44,287 bases of DNA from Eubacteriaceae bacterium (GTDB lineage: Bacteria > Bacillota > Clostridia > Eubacteriales > Alkalibacteraceae): positions 1-44,287 of the forward strand of contig JAAXUP010000009.1 of assembly GCA_013335935.1 (NCBI GenBank). Reading direction: 5' to 3'. Under the pieces are notes generated by a model. It was given only the letters and a program-made list of their open reading frames with translations. It was not told the origin of the DNA and did no database searches. The position numbers and the translations under genes are program-made. Positions 27,746 to 38,229 of the stretch are shown in pieces (the stretch's first letter is position 1; each line of letters opens with the position of its first letter).

Positions 27746-28771
27746 ATGAAAAAACTTATACTGGCTAAAACTGAAATCTTCAAAACAGTGGTCGCACCTG
27801 AAATTCATTTGGAGGATCGTGAAATTTTAATTAAGGTTGCTTTCAGCGGCATCTGCGGGGCGGATATGAAAAGCTTTCGAAAAGGACACAGGGATCTGGT
27901 ACTTCCCCGAGTCTTAGGCCATGAAATCACCGGAACTATTCACAAAATGGGTAAAAATGCAAAAACGAACTATCAGATTGGTGACAGGGTACAGATATTT
28001 CCCGGAGTATTTTGCGGTGAATGTGAATATTGTCTAACCGGGCGAGATAACCTCTGTGACACCATGCAAATCCTGGGTTTTCACATTGACGGAGGACTCC
28101 AGGAATACCTTGTTGTCAATCGGGAGATCCAGGAAAATATGCTTAACCTCATCCCAGACGGGCTCCCTATGGAATATGCCACCTTCGCCGAACCCCTTGC
28201 CTGTTCCATCAATATCCAGGATAAGCTGGATTTAGGCACGGAGGATACCCTGCTGATCCTGGGTGCCGGAAGACTGGGTATGATAAATTATTTTCTTGCC
28301 AGGAAAAGAGGGCTAAGAAAGGTCATTATAGCGGACAACTTCTCTCCAAGGCTGGACAAAACCCTTTATGATAACACCATTGATTTGACAGCGTCCGATC
28401 CATTAAAGACGCTTGCTGAAATTACCGGGAAAATAGGAGTCACTGGGGTAATCATCTGCACACCTTCCCCAGCTTCCCTGGAGCTTGCCATCAGCCTGGC
28501 CGCTAAAGGAGGCAAGATCGGTTACTTCAGCGGTCTCCATGAATTCCCGATCTCAACAAAACTTTTAAACTATTTGCATTACAAGGAGCTTGTTGTTACA
28601 GGATCCTACGGCTGTACCCTTCAGGGGAATAAAGATGCACTGGAGCTTTTACGGGATAAGCTTATTCCTTTCGATAAAATCAGCCTCAATTTTTTCAGCC
28701 TGGAGGATACCCAAAAGGCAGTTGAAATGCTTGAAAACAGAGAAATTCTTTCAGCAATCGTTAAACTATAA
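27746..28771 (+). CDS. MDR-family Zn-dependent dehydrogenase (threonine/sorbitol-dehydrogenase-like)
   Basis: GICGADMK, GHE, structural-zinc cluster CGECEYCLTGRDNLC, and GAGRLG Rossmann. Confidence 0.75.
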   Translation: MKKLILAKTEIFKTVVAPEIHLEDREILIKVAFSGICGADMKSFRKGHRDLVLPRVLGHEITGTIHKMGKNAKTNYQIGDRVQIFPGVFCGECEYCLTGRDNLCDTMQILGFHIDGGLQEYLVVNREIQENMLNLIPDGLPMEYATFAEPLACSINIQDKLDLGTEDTLLILGAGRLGMINYFLARKRGLRKVIIADNFSPRLDKTLYDNTIDLTASDPLKTLAEITGKIGVTGVIICTPSPASLELAISLAAKGGKIGYFSGLHEFPISTKLLNYLHYKELVVTGSYGCTLQGNKDALELLRDKLIPFDKISLNFFSLEDTQKAVEMLENREILSAIVKL

Positions 28772-28820
28772 GTACAAAATATTAAAAATCGTGAACCCAA
28801 GAAAAAGGAGAGTATGAAAA

Positions 28821-29936
28821 ATGGAAAACAAAGGAATGGAAATGAAGGAATTTGGCGGTCTTATCGCCAAGCTGTCAAGAAGAGAGAACTTGTCAAAGGA
28901 GGAATCAGACAGAGCCTTCACATCGCTATTAAACAACGAACAAAACGACATGCAGCAGGGAGCGTTCCTTTCAGCCCTGACCACCAAAGGAGAGACTATC
29001 GAGGAGATGGCTGCCTGCTGGAGAGCGATCTATCACGTGGACACCATAAAACCTGAAACCCTCCTGGATATGAGTTTCACTGACAATTCCGGAACAGGTA
29101 TGGATACCTTCAAGACCTTCAATGTCAGCACGGCTGCTTCCATAATTGCTGCTGCTGCAGGGATCAAAATGGCCAAGCATGGTTCAAGAGCCCTAACCTC
29201 CATGTGCGGAACGATTGACCTCCTGGAAACATTGGGCATCGATGTGGAAGGCGGCGCTGAGCCGGTTGTCCAAAGTATTGAAAAGACTGGCATAGGCATC
29301 TTTAATGGAATGAGCCCGAAGGTTCATCCTCAGGCGCTTGGAAGGATCCTTTCACAAATTTCATTTGGAACGATCCTGAACATATCCGCTTCTCTGGCAA
29401 ATCCTGCCCTTCCAAAATATGCTGTCAGAGGTGTGTACTCAAAGGAAATGCTGGTTCCTGTTGCCAAGCTCATGAGAGAAATCGGATATATACGGGCAAT
29501 GATCATCTTTGGGGAGGCCGAAGGCTTCAGCACCGGAATGGACGAAGCCTCCACCATTGGAAAAACCTACGTAGCCAAATTAAGTGACGACGGAGCCATC
29601 ACCGAATATTGTTTCACACCGGAAGATTTGGGGATCACAAGAGGAAACCCTGATGATCTAAGACCCCTTAAGGACAGAGAGGCTGAAGCGGTAAGGTTTA
29701 TTGAAATACTTAACGGAAGCGACAAGGGCACAAGAAGCGATATCGTATGTCTGAACAGCGGACTGATCTTAGAACTGATGGGTGTGGCTAACAGTCTTAA
29801 AGAAGGCTATGAAATGTCAAAAAACATTATCGACGACGGCCGAGCCTATCAAAAGCTCTTTGACTGGGTAACCCATCAGAATAGCGATGACAGTGGTGTC
29901 AAAAAACTCGAAATTTTGGCAGCAAAGGCCAACTGA
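28821..29936 (+). CDS. TrpD-family paralog (glycosyl transferase family 3, anthranilate phosphoribosyltransferase-like)
   Basis: Aligns along its length with the bona fide TrpD at 35128..36159 (RENLSxEE, KGET.EE, TFNVSTAAxIxAAAAG, KHGSR), but the PRPP-binding motif GTGGDG is GTGMDT. Confidence 0.7.
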   Translation: MENKGMEMKEFGGLIAKLSRRENLSKEESDRAFTSLLNNEQNDMQQGAFLSALTTKGETIEEMAACWRAIYHVDTIKPETLLDMSFTDNSGTGMDTFKTFNVSTAASIIAAAAGIKMAKHGSRALTSMCGTIDLLETLGIDVEGGAEPVVQSIEKTGIGIFNGMSPKVHPQALGRILSQISFGTILNISASLANPALPKYAVRGVYSKEMLVPVAKLMREIGYIRAMIIFGEAEGFSTGMDEASTIGKTYVAKLSDDGAITEYCFTPEDLGITRGNPDDLRPLKDREAEAVRFIEILNGSDKGTRSDIVCLNSGLILELMGVANSLKEGYEMSKNIIDDGRAYQKLFDWVTHQNSDDSGVKKLEILAAKAN

Positions 29937-29937
29937 C

Positions 29938-30165
29938 ATGGTCATGTATATAATAAAGTCTGATGAAGGATATCTTAGGATCCCAAAGGATGCCCCGGCG
30001 GAGGTCACTTCCATGGAAAAAGCTTCGGTTTACACGGACTTTGAAAAATGCAGAGCCCTCCTGGAGGCGGCAGCTCATGAGGTTACATTCTCCTGCTTGA
30101 GAATAGCAGAAATCAGAATAACCGAAAAGGATCATATTTTCCCTCCGTTTTCATCTGAATTATGA
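29938..30165 (+). CDS. Small hypothetical protein (75 aa), apparently translationally coupled to the TrpD paralog
   Basis: The ATG lies 2 nt after the upstream stop. No homology recognised. Confidence 0.3.
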   Translation: MVMYIIKSDEGYLRIPKDAPAEVTSMEKASVYTDFEKCRALLEAAAHEVTFSCLRIAEIRITEKDHIFPPFSSEL

Positions 30166-30207
30166 TAATATTAATCCTATAGAAGATATTTTGTAGGAGG
30201 GTCAAAA

Positions 30208-31467
30208 ATGACTGATTTTTTTGTAAACAACCGAAAGAAGCTTATAGAAAGTTTGAATGATAAATCTCTGCTGGCCGTGTTCTCAGGGTCTGCTCCTCAC
30301 CGTTCTGCAGATGCGTATTACTTTTTTGATGTGAATAAAAACTTTTACTATTTGACGGGAATCGAGAGGGAAAAATTCATCTATGCTGCGGTCAAGACAA
30401 AGGAAATTGTGGAGGAGTTTCTGTTTATCGAAAAAGCCGACCCGGTTCTAGAGAAATGGACCGGCAAGAAGATGACAAAAGAAGAGGCAACGGACATTTC
30501 AGGAATAAAGACCATTTATTTTCTGGACGAATTCCATGGAAAGGTCAATTCTCTGGTTGCCAGCAACAACAAGCCCATTGAAAATGTTGCTCTTGACATG
30601 TACCGGAATGCTTTTGATGACAAGCATAGTCCTGCCGGTGATTTTGCCTCTTACATCAAGGAGAAATACCCCCAGTTAAAAATCGACGATATTTCGAAAA
30701 AATTCGCTGTTCAGCGCTTTATCAAGTCTGATTCTGAGGTTCAAAGAATCAGGAAAGCCGTGACCATCACGAAAAACACCTTCGAACTCCTGTTGGAGAA
30801 AGCACCCATGTGCACATATGAGTATGAGCTTGAAGCCTATCTGGATTTTTCTTTTAAATTCCAGGGTACGGACCACGCTTTTGATACTATTGCCGCTTCA
30901 GGAAAAAATGCCACCGTCTTGCACTATGTGGACAATAATTCACAGATGACATCCGGAGACCTGGTCATGTTCGATTTCGGGGCCAGATACGAAAATTACT
31001 GTGCCGACATCAGCAGGACCTTCCCTTTGAACGGAAAATTCAACACAAGGCAAAAACAAGTATATAACGTTGTTTTAGAGACTTTGAAGGAGACCTCCTC
31101 ACGGATGAAACCGGGCATTTCCATGAAGGAAATCAATGAGTTCGCAAAAGATATGCTTGCAGAAGGCGCCATCAGGCTGGGCCTCATCAAGGAAAAATCC
31201 GAAATCGGAAAATACTATTACCACGGAATTGGACATCCCCTGGGACTTGATACCCACGACGTGGGAGACCGGGAGATGGTTTTAAAGCCTGGGATGGTCT
31301 ATACCTGTGAACCGGGACTTTATATCGAAGAGGAAGGCATCGGCATCAGGATCGAGGACGACATCCTGATCACCGAAAATGGAAGTGAAAACCTGTCAAA
31401 GGAAATCATCAAAGAAGTCGATGAGATTGAAGCGTTCATGGCTAATGCCATGCGGTTAAAAGCTTAA
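30208..31467 (+). CDS. M24-family Xaa-Pro aminopeptidase / creatinase-fold peptidase
   Basis: Pita-bread metal ligands (DFGARY..D, HGIGH, E..E) and an N-terminal creatinase-like domain. Confidence 0.8.
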   Translation: MTDFFVNNRKKLIESLNDKSLLAVFSGSAPHRSADAYYFFDVNKNFYYLTGIEREKFIYAAVKTKEIVEEFLFIEKADPVLEKWTGKKMTKEEATDISGIKTIYFLDEFHGKVNSLVASNNKPIENVALDMYRNAFDDKHSPAGDFASYIKEKYPQLKIDDISKKFAVQRFIKSDSEVQRIRKAVTITKNTFELLLEKAPMCTYEYELEAYLDFSFKFQGTDHAFDTIAASGKNATVLHYVDNNSQMTSGDLVMFDFGARYENYCADISRTFPLNGKFNTRQKQVYNVVLETLKETSSRMKPGISMKEINEFAKDMLAEGAIRLGLIKEKSEIGKYYYHGIGHPLGLDTHDVGDREMVLKPGMVYTCEPGLYIEEEGIGIRIEDDILITENGSENLSKEIIKEVDEIEAFMANAMRLKA

Positions 31468-31517
31468 ATGCTTAAATGCTTAAATGCTTAAATGCTTAAA
31501 TGCTTAAATGCTTAAAA
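31462..31517. repeat. Tandem 8-bp microsatellite (GCTTAAAT), 7 copies, starting inside the aminopeptidase stop codon
   Basis: Seen directly. Confidence 0.9.
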
Positions 31518-31530
31518 TAAATGATACAAA

Positions 31531-31580
31531 AGAGATATGGAAACTTAACAAAAGTTTTCATATCTCTTTTTAGTTTTTGC
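31531..31580. terminator. Bidirectional terminator serving the aminopeptidase operon (+) and the trp operon (-)
   Basis: Stem agagatatggaaactt/aagttttcatatctct with T-runs on both sides. Confidence 0.7.
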
Positions 31581-31713
31581 CAACCACCAAACCACCTAGT
31601 CACCTAACCACCAAGTAAGTCGTAAGTCCTAAGTATGCCAGATTTCAGCATTCCTGGCACTTCAACATTTCAACACTTCAACACTTAAACACTTAAACAT
31701 TTCCATGCCTTTG
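31580..31713. repeat. Low-complexity blocks: CCAACCACCAAACCACC..., TAAGTC repeats, and a degenerate 8-bp tandem (CACTTCAA/CATTTCAA/CACTTAAA), ~6 copies
   Basis: Seen directly. Confidence 0.8.
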
Positions 31714-31718
31714 TTCTG

Positions 31719-32516
31719 CTAATTGCTGATTGCATCCTTAAGTTCCCCTACGAACTTCCTGACCTTCTCTACGGAACTTCCGTCTTCCAGACCTTCCTCG
31801 ATTTTTTTGATGATTGCGCTCCCAACGATGAGTCCCTCCGCCAGGTCTTTGAGTTCTCTGATAGCTTCAGGGCTTGATATTCCAAACCCGATTGCCCGGG
31901 GCACAGAGGTGTAACCTGCAATGCTTTCAAGAAACTCTCCCAGGTTCTCCGAAAAACTGCTTCTCATACCGGTTACCCCAAGAGAGGAAACACAGTAGAT
32001 GAACCCCGAGGCGTCTTCAACGATACTCTTTACCCTTTCATTTGACGTCGGGGCAACCAATGGTATCAGATCTATGGCATGACTTTTCAGGGCATCTTTA
32101 AAATCCTTTCTTTCTTCCAAAGGCAGGTCTGCGATAATCAGACCGTCCATTTCTGTCTCATCACACCTCATAATGAATTTATCCATACCATACCTTAGGA
32201 TCGAATTGTAATATAGAAGAAATGCCATGGGTATCTTCGTTCTTTTCCTAACCCGCCTGATCATTTCAAAGATATCGTCAATATTAATATTATTTTCCAG
32301 TGCTCGCTGAGCAGCCCGCTGGATCACGGGCCCATCTGCCAGGGGATCAGAATAGGGGATGCCCAGTTCTATGATATCTGCACCGGCCTCTTCCATGGTG
32401 TAAATGAGTTCTTCTGTCTTTTCCAGCGTCGGATCACCTGCGGTGATATATACGATAAGCGCTTTTTTGTTTTCGCCCTTCAGTTTTTCGAAATTCGTGG
32501 TTATTTTACTTTTCAT
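31719..32516 (-). CDS. trpA: Tryptophan synthase alpha subunit
   Basis: TrpA family. Its start overlaps the trpB 3' end. Confidence 0.85.
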   Translation of the reverse strand: MKSKITTNFEKLKGENKKALIVYITAGDPTLEKTEELIYTMEEAGADIIELGIPYSDPLADGPVIQRAAQRALENNINIDDIFEMIRRVRKRTKIPMAFLLYYNSILRYGMDKFIMRCDETEMDGLIIADLPLEERKDFKDALKSHAIDLIPLVAPTSNERVKSIVEDASGFIYCVSSLGVTGMRSSFSENLGEFLESIAGYTSVPRAIGFGISSPEAIRELKDLAEGLIVGSAIIKKIEEGLEDGSSVEKVRKFVGELKDAISN

Positions 32517-33720
32517 GTCGTCTGCCTCCCAGAATTTCTGCCACCTGCTCCACATCCTTGTCCCCTCTGCCTGAAAGATTCACGATGATGATATCCTCCT
32601 TACGGGTGGTTGGAGCAAATTTTTCCACATATGCCAGAGCATGAGAACTTTCCAAAGCGGGTATGATTCCCTCTATCTGGGAAAGGAGCTGGAAGGCTTC
32701 AATGGCTTCATCGTCCGTGACAGACACATATTGAACCCTGCCTGTGTCGTGAAGGTAGGCATGTTCCGGTCCGATGCCGGGGTAGTCCAGCCCTGCGGAG
32801 ACAGAATGTGCCGGCAGGATCTGCCCATAGTCATCCTGAAGAAGATAGGTCATCATACCGTGTATGATTCCTAAGGATCCTTTCGTGAAAGAAGCTGCAT
32901 GCTTCTCCGTTTCCACTCCCTCACCGGCAGCTTCCACCCCAATGATCTTTACCTCCTTGTCTTCAATAAAAGGATAAAAAAGACCCATGGCATTGCTTCC
33001 GCCGCCGACACAAGCCACCAGATAATCAGGAAGTCTTCCTTCCTTCTCAAGAATCTGCACTTTGGCCTCGTCTCCAATGATCCTTTGAAAATCCCTGACC
33101 ATGGTTGGGTATGGGTGCGGCCCAACCACCGAACCGATGACATAGTAGGTTTCATCCACATTTGCGACCCAGTCCCGGATAGCTTCGTTGGTGGCATCCT
33201 TCAGCGTTTTTGTCCCTGAAGTTACAGGGATGACCTTTGCTCCCAAAAGTTCCATTTTAAATACATTAAGGGCTTGTCTTTTAACGTCTTCCTCTCCCAT
33301 GAATACCTCGCACTTTAAACCGAACATGGCGCAGATGGTCGCTGTGGCAACTCCGTGCTGCCCGGCTCCCGTTTCTGCAATGATCCTCTTTTTGCCCATT
33401 CTTCTTGCCAGAAGCACCTGACCTACCACATTGTTGATTTTATGAGCTCCTGTATGATTGAGATCTTCCCGCTTGAGGTAGATCTTTCCACCTCCAAGCT
33501 TTTTCGTAAGGTTTTCCGCATAATATAGAGAAGTCGGCCTTCCGGAATACTCTTTCAGATAATACAGGTAGTCTTTTTTGAACTTTTCATCATTTATTGC
33601 CTTGATATATTCTTCCTCAAGCTCAATCAGAGCATTCATCAGGGTTTCAGGAACGTACTGACCTCCATATTGCCCAAACCTGCTTTGAAGTTTATATTTA
33701 TCCTTGTCATTTATTTTCAT
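32506..33720 (-). CDS. trpB: Tryptophan synthase beta subunit
   Basis: PLP-lysine region HTGAHKINN, and GGGSNA. Confidence 0.9.
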   Translation of the reverse strand: MKINDKDKYKLQSRFGQYGGQYVPETLMNALIELEEEYIKAINDEKFKKDYLYYLKEYSGRPTSLYYAENLTKKLGGGKIYLKREDLNHTGAHKINNVVGQVLLARRMGKKRIIAETGAGQHGVATATICAMFGLKCEVFMGEEDVKRQALNVFKMELLGAKVIPVTSGTKTLKDATNEAIRDWVANVDETYYVIGSVVGPHPYPTMVRDFQRIIGDEAKVQILEKEGRLPDYLVACVGGGSNAMGLFYPFIEDKEVKIIGVEAAGEGVETEKHAASFTKGSLGIIHGMMTYLLQDDYGQILPAHSVSAGLDYPGIGPEHAYLHDTGRVQYVSVTDDEAIEAFQLLSQIEGIIPALESSHALAYVEKFAPTTRKEDIIIVNLSGRGDKDVEQVAEILGGRRHEK

Positions 33721-34333
33721 AGCTTCTCACCTTTTCGATAATTTTTCTTATTTTCTCTTTATCCTTGAATCCACCAGTTTCGACACCGCTGCTGATATCC
33801 AGTGTATCGATTCCCTCTATTTTCAGAGCTTCCTCTATATTTTCTTCGTTTATTCCACCAGCCAGGATCAGCTCCTTGTCGCATTTCAGATCACTTAGCA
33901 TCTTCCAGTCAAAAACTTCTCCTGTCCCGCCGTATGCCTTTTTATTGAAAGCATCTAAAAGATATCCATCGGCATTAAAGGTTTCCATTACCCCAAGGTC
34001 TTCAGACGACCTTATCCTAAACGCCTTCCACACCTTCATCCCTGGGCTGTTTTTTAAAACCCTCACATCATCTCTGGTTTCCTCACCATGAAGCTGAACA
34101 ATATCCAGTCCACAGAAATCCGCGATCCTTTTAACCTCTTCTACGTCCTCATTTACAAATATTCCGACTTTTTTGATATTCTTGTCCAATAGACAAGACA
34201 GTTTCTTTGCCATTTCAGGGGTTATCTGTCTTCTGCTTTTCGCGAAAATGAAACCCACATAATCAGGCCTGAACGCATTGACATAATCTACGTCCACCTG
34301 CCTTCTTATTCCGCATATCTTGACCTTTTTCAT
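33707..34333 (-). CDS. trpF: Phosphoribosylanthranilate isomerase
   Basis: [12 protein letters not shown]-terminus, TrpF family. Confidence 0.85.
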   Translation of the reverse strand: MKKVKICGIRRQVDVDYVNAFRPDYVGFIFAKSRRQITPEMAKKLSCLLDKNIKKVGIFVNEDVEEVKRIADFCGLDIVQLHGEETRDDVRVLKNSPGMKVWKAFRIRSSEDLGVMETFNADGYLLDAFNKKAYGGTGEVFDWKMLSDLKCDKELILAGGINEENIEEALKIEGIDTLDISSGVETGGFKDKEKIRKIIEKVRSYENK

Positions 34334-35109
34334 TTTTTCCCTCTTAGCTCAGCAATCTTAGCGGAAATCGAGTCCGCTCTCATGAAGGTTTCCCCAATAA
34401 GGACACCATTCACTCCTACACCTCTAAGATACTCCATATCTTCATAACTATCAATCCCACTTTCACTGATCACGATTTTTCCCTTGGGAATATATTCTAT
34501 TAGCTTTTCTGTGGTTTTGATATCCGTTACGAAAGTATTTAGATCCCGGTTGTTGATTCCAATAATTTCAGCATCTGTAGAAAGGACTCTGTCCAATTCT
34601 TCCTTGTTATGAACTTCCGTAAGGACCTCAATTCCCAGCTCACGGGCAGTTTGGCTTAACGTTTTAAGTTCCAGGTCTGTGAGAGATGCCGCAATCAAAA
34701 GGACCGCATCTGCGCCAAGGACCTTCGCCTCGATGATTTGGTAAGGATCCAGTATGAAATCCTTCCTCAGGATCGGCCTGGTTGTATTTTCTTTAACCAG
34801 GGGGATATAGATTTTGTCTCCCAGAAAGAAATCTGTTTCCGTAAGAACCGATATTGCCTGGATATCACTTTTCTCATATTCTCTGGCGATTTCCACAGGA
34901 TCAAAATTTGGCCTGATCAGTCCTTTTGAGGGAGAGGCTTTCTTCACCTCTGCTATGATTGAAAGTCTGTCCCCCAGAACCAGACTTTTTGAAAATCTTT
35001 TAGTCATCCTGGTATCTTCGATCATGTCCCATAGCATATCCGATGATATCCGCGCTTTTTCCTCTATGAGAGCTTTTCTCTTGTTTTCATTTATTCGATC
35101 AAGTATCAA
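34330..35109 (-). CDS. trpC: Indole-3-glycerol phosphate synthase
   Basis: TrpC family (IIAEVKKASPSKG). Confidence 0.85.
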   Translation of the reverse strand: MILDRINENKRKALIEEKARISSDMLWDMIEDTRMTKRFSKSLVLGDRLSIIAEVKKASPSKGLIRPNFDPVEIAREYEKSDIQAISVLTETDFFLGDKIYIPLVKENTTRPILRKDFILDPYQIIEAKVLGADAVLLIAASLTDLELKTLSQTARELGIEVLTEVHNKEELDRVLSTDAEIIGINNRDLNTFVTDIKTTEKLIEYIPKGKIVISESGIDSYEDMEYLRGVGVNGVLIGETFMRADSISAKIAELRGKK

Positions 35110-35127
35110 CTTGTATTCTTCCTTCCT

Positions 35128-36159
35128 TCAGTAGTGAAATATTTTAGCAACCTCTTGAGATATTCTGATAAATTCATTCAGCTTTTCCATTGCCCTGCCA
35201 GAATCGATGGCTTGTCTGGCCAATTGGATTCCTTCCATAATGGAGTCGGCTTTTCCTCCCATATAGATCGCTGCTCCTGCATTAAAGAGAATAATATCTC
35301 TAACTGTGCCTTCCCCCCCGTTTAACAGGGATATGATCATTCTGGAATTTTCTTCAGGATCTCCCCCTTTTATGTCATCAATATTTCCCCTTTTGAATCC
35401 AAAGCTTTCCGGTTCGATATAATAGGTTTTGATTTCTCCATCTTTCAGTTCTGATACCTTCGTCGCTGCGGAGATACTGATTTCATCCAGTCCGTCCATC
35501 CCGTGAATGATCAGCGCTCTCTTTAGTCCCAGTTCCTTTAGCACCTGTGCGATGGTTTCAGTCAATTTTTCATCGAACACTCCGATAATCTGACTGTTTA
35601 CCATTCCTGGATTGGCGAGAGGTCCAAGGATATTGAAAATTGTTCTGACTCCCAGTTCTCTTCTGGCTTTCATGACATACTTCATGGAAGGATGGTATTT
35701 GGGTGCGAAGAGGAAGGTGATTTTCGCTTGAGCAAGACATCTCTGGGCACCTTCCGGATCCAAATCAATATTTACTCCAAGGTCTGCCAGGACGTCAGCA
35801 CTGCCGCACTTGCTGGATACACTACGGTTTCCATGCTTCACCACTGTGACTCCCGCAGCTGCTGCAACGATTGCTGCCAGGGTAGATACATTGAAAGTAT
35901 GCTTGCCGTCTCCCCCTGTGCCGCAGGTATCGATGGCATTTTCATCCAGTACATTAACCTTGGAGGCTTTCTCTCTCATTACCTTTGCGCAGCCGGTTAT
36001 TTCTTCTTTTGTTTCACCCTTTGCTCTCAGCGCAGTCAGGATGCCGGCGATTTGTGAGTCGGTGAGCTTTCCGCTCATTATTTCATTCATCAGAGTTACC
36101 ATTTCATTTTCAGAAAGGTTCTCCCTGTTGATCAGTTTTTCCATCATTTCTTTATACAT
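35128..36159 (-). CDS. trpD: Anthranilate phosphoribosyltransferase
   Basis: DTCGTGGDGKHTFNVST and KHGNRS motifs. Confidence 0.9.
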   Translation of the reverse strand: MYKEMMEKLINRENLSENEMVTLMNEIMSGKLTDSQIAGILTALRAKGETKEEITGCAKVMREKASKVNVLDENAIDTCGTGGDGKHTFNVSTLAAIVAAAAGVTVVKHGNRSVSSKCGSADVLADLGVNIDLDPEGAQRCLAQAKITFLFAPKYHPSMKYVMKARRELGVRTIFNILGPLANPGMVNSQIIGVFDEKLTETIAQVLKELGLKRALIIHGMDGLDEISISAATKVSELKDGEIKTYYIEPESFGFKRGNIDDIKGGDPEENSRMIISLLNGGEGTVRDIILFNAGAAIYMGGKADSIMEGIQLARQAIDSGRAMEKLNEFIRISQEVAKIFHY

Positions 36160-36171
36160 TCATTATTCCTC

Positions 36172-36735
36172 CTACATATTCAAAAAGTTACGTAATATCT
36201 CTTTCCCGCTTTCTGTCATGACCGACTCTGGATGAAATTGAACGCCATATATGGGGTAATCTCTGTGTTTTAAACCCATGATTTCTCCGTCTTCTGTCCT
36301 GGCGGTGACGATGATTTCTTCAGGGAGGTTTTCATCGTTCACCTTCAGGGAGTGGTACCTCATAACCGTTAGTGGATTTTTTATATCCTTGAAAAGACCT
36401 TTGCCATCGTGATCGATTCTGGAAGTTTTCCCATGAAACATCAGTCTGCTCTCGACGATCTCCCCGCCAAACACCTCGGCAATGGCTTGATGTCCCAGAC
36501 AAACGCCCAAAACCGGAATTACCTTGCCAAAGCATTCAATAACTTCCTTTGATATGCCCGCACTTGAAGGATATCCTGGTCCAGGAGAGATGATGATGTG
36601 CTGGGGCTTCAATAGCAGAAGGTCCTCTATGGTGATTTCATCATTTCGTATGACTTTAACATCTGGATTGATCTCCCCAATATACTGATAAAGGTTATAG
36701 GTAAAGGAATCGTAATTATCGATGATCACTACCAT
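36172..36735 (-). CDS. trpG: Anthranilate synthase component II (glutamine amidotransferase)
   Basis: Class I GATase with GVCLGHQ (catalytic Cys) and a His/Glu triad. Confidence 0.85.
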   Translation of the reverse strand: MVVIIDNYDSFTYNLYQYIGEINPDVKVIRNDEITIEDLLLLKPQHIIISPGPGYPSSAGISKEVIECFGKVIPVLGVCLGHQAIAEVFGGEIVESRLMFHGKTSRIDHDGKGLFKDIKNPLTVMRYHSLKVNDENLPEEIIVTARTEDGEIMGLKHRDYPIYGVQFHPESVMTESGKEILRNFLNM

Positions 36736-36738
36736 TTT

Positions 36739-38193
36739 TTATTCCCCAGCTTTCTTAATGGTTTCCAGAACCGCTCTGGCCTTGCTCATTGTTTCCCTGT
36801 ATTCTGATTCAGGTACTGAATCTGCGACGATTCCCGCCCCTGCCTGGACGATGGCATAACCGTCCTTAAAAATGACCGTTCGTATGGTGATGCAGGTGTC
36901 CATGTTTCCGTTGAAGCCGAAGTAGCCCACCCCTCCGCCATAGATGCCTCTCCGGGTATTTTCCAGTTCCTCGATAATTTCCATTGCTCTTACTTTTGGG
37001 GCCCCTGATAGGGTACCTGCCGGGAGACACGCTTTGAGAGCATCAAACATATCGTACTTCTCCCTGATCCGCCCTGCTACATTAGATACGATGTGCATAA
37101 CATGGGAGTATTTCTGTATTTCCATGAAGTGGGTAACTTCAACGGAGCCAAATTCTGAAACCCTTCCGATATCGTTTCTGGCCAGATCCAGGAGCATCAG
37201 GTGTTCTGCCCTTTCCTTATCATCTTCCAAAAGATCAGCTGCCAGTTCCTGGTCTTCCTCTTCCGTCTTACCTCGAGGCCTCGTTCCTGCAATGGGACAA
37301 GTTTCGATAACTCCGTCAGCAACTTTAACCAGCAGTTCCGGGGAAGAACCGACGACACAGTAGTCCTCAAAATTCATGTAATACAGATAGGGTGATGGAT
37401 TTACGCTCCGCAGTACCCGGTAGGCCGCAAAAGGATCGATGTCGGTCTTTGCCTTAAGCCGCTGAGACAGAACCACCTGGAAGATATCACCTTTACGGAT
37501 ATATTCTTTCGCCTGTACGACTTTTTTGCAGAAGGATTCTTCCGTCTCATTGCTCTCGAAGACCACTTCTCCGCTTTTTACACTTTTATCGGGTTTAACC
37601 GGTGATGTTCGTATTTCTTCCGCAATATCGTTTAACTTCTTCTCGATTTCGCCATAGGTCACGTTCTGTTTGAAACTATTGTAGACAATGAATATCTTCT
37701 GCTTCATGTGATCATACACGATGATTTCCTTCATCATCAAAAGATGAATCTCCGGCACATTCAGCTCATCAGGATTTTCCTGAGGTAGCGTCTCGATCTC
37801 TCTTACCAGGTCGTAAGTGACATATCCTACCGCACCACCAGGAAATTCGGGTATAATCAGGGAATTGGTCTTAGGGTATTTGATATCCCCAAAATACATC
37901 TTTAGATTGTCCAGGCTCTTTCCTTCATGAAGGACTTCCCCGTCTTCTGTTGCGATTTTCGTTATCCCATCCCGGCTGGTAATCTCTCCGTAAGGGTTTC
38001 TTCCAATATAGGAATATCTTCCCCATTTGCTTCCGCCCTCAACGCTTTCCAACAGAAAACTCTTGCCTCCATTGCATAGCTTCTTAAAGATGCTGATGGG
38101 TGTATCCGTATCTCCATGGATCACTGAAACAAAAGGGATTACTGTATATTCTTCTTTTAGTTTTTGATATTCTTCCATTGATGGGTAAAGCAT
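36739..38193 (-). CDS. trpE: Anthranilate synthase component I
   Basis: Chorismate-binding enzyme family (LLESVEGG...GAGIVADS). Confidence 0.9.
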   Translation of the reverse strand: MLYPSMEEYQKLKEEYTVIPFVSVIHGDTDTPISIFKKLCNGGKSFLLESVEGGSKWGRYSYIGRNPYGEITSRDGITKIATEDGEVLHEGKSLDNLKMYFGDIKYPKTNSLIIPEFPGGAVGYVTYDLVREIETLPQENPDELNVPEIHLLMMKEIIVYDHMKQKIFIVYNSFKQNVTYGEIEKKLNDIAEEIRTSPVKPDKSVKSGEVVFESNETEESFCKKVVQAKEYIRKGDIFQVVLSQRLKAKTDIDPFAAYRVLRSVNPSPYLYYMNFEDYCVVGSSPELLVKVADGVIETCPIAGTRPRGKTEEEDQELAADLLEDDKERAEHLMLLDLARNDIGRVSEFGSVEVTHFMEIQKYSHVMHIVSNVAGRIREKYDMFDALKACLPAGTLSGAPKVRAMEIIEELENTRRGIYGGGVGYFGFNGNMDTCITIRTVIFKDGYAIVQAGAGIVADSVPESEYRETMSKARAVLETIKKAGE

Positions 38194-38229
38194 GATTAAC
38201 TTCCTCCTTTGGATGTTGGTGCACGAGAA

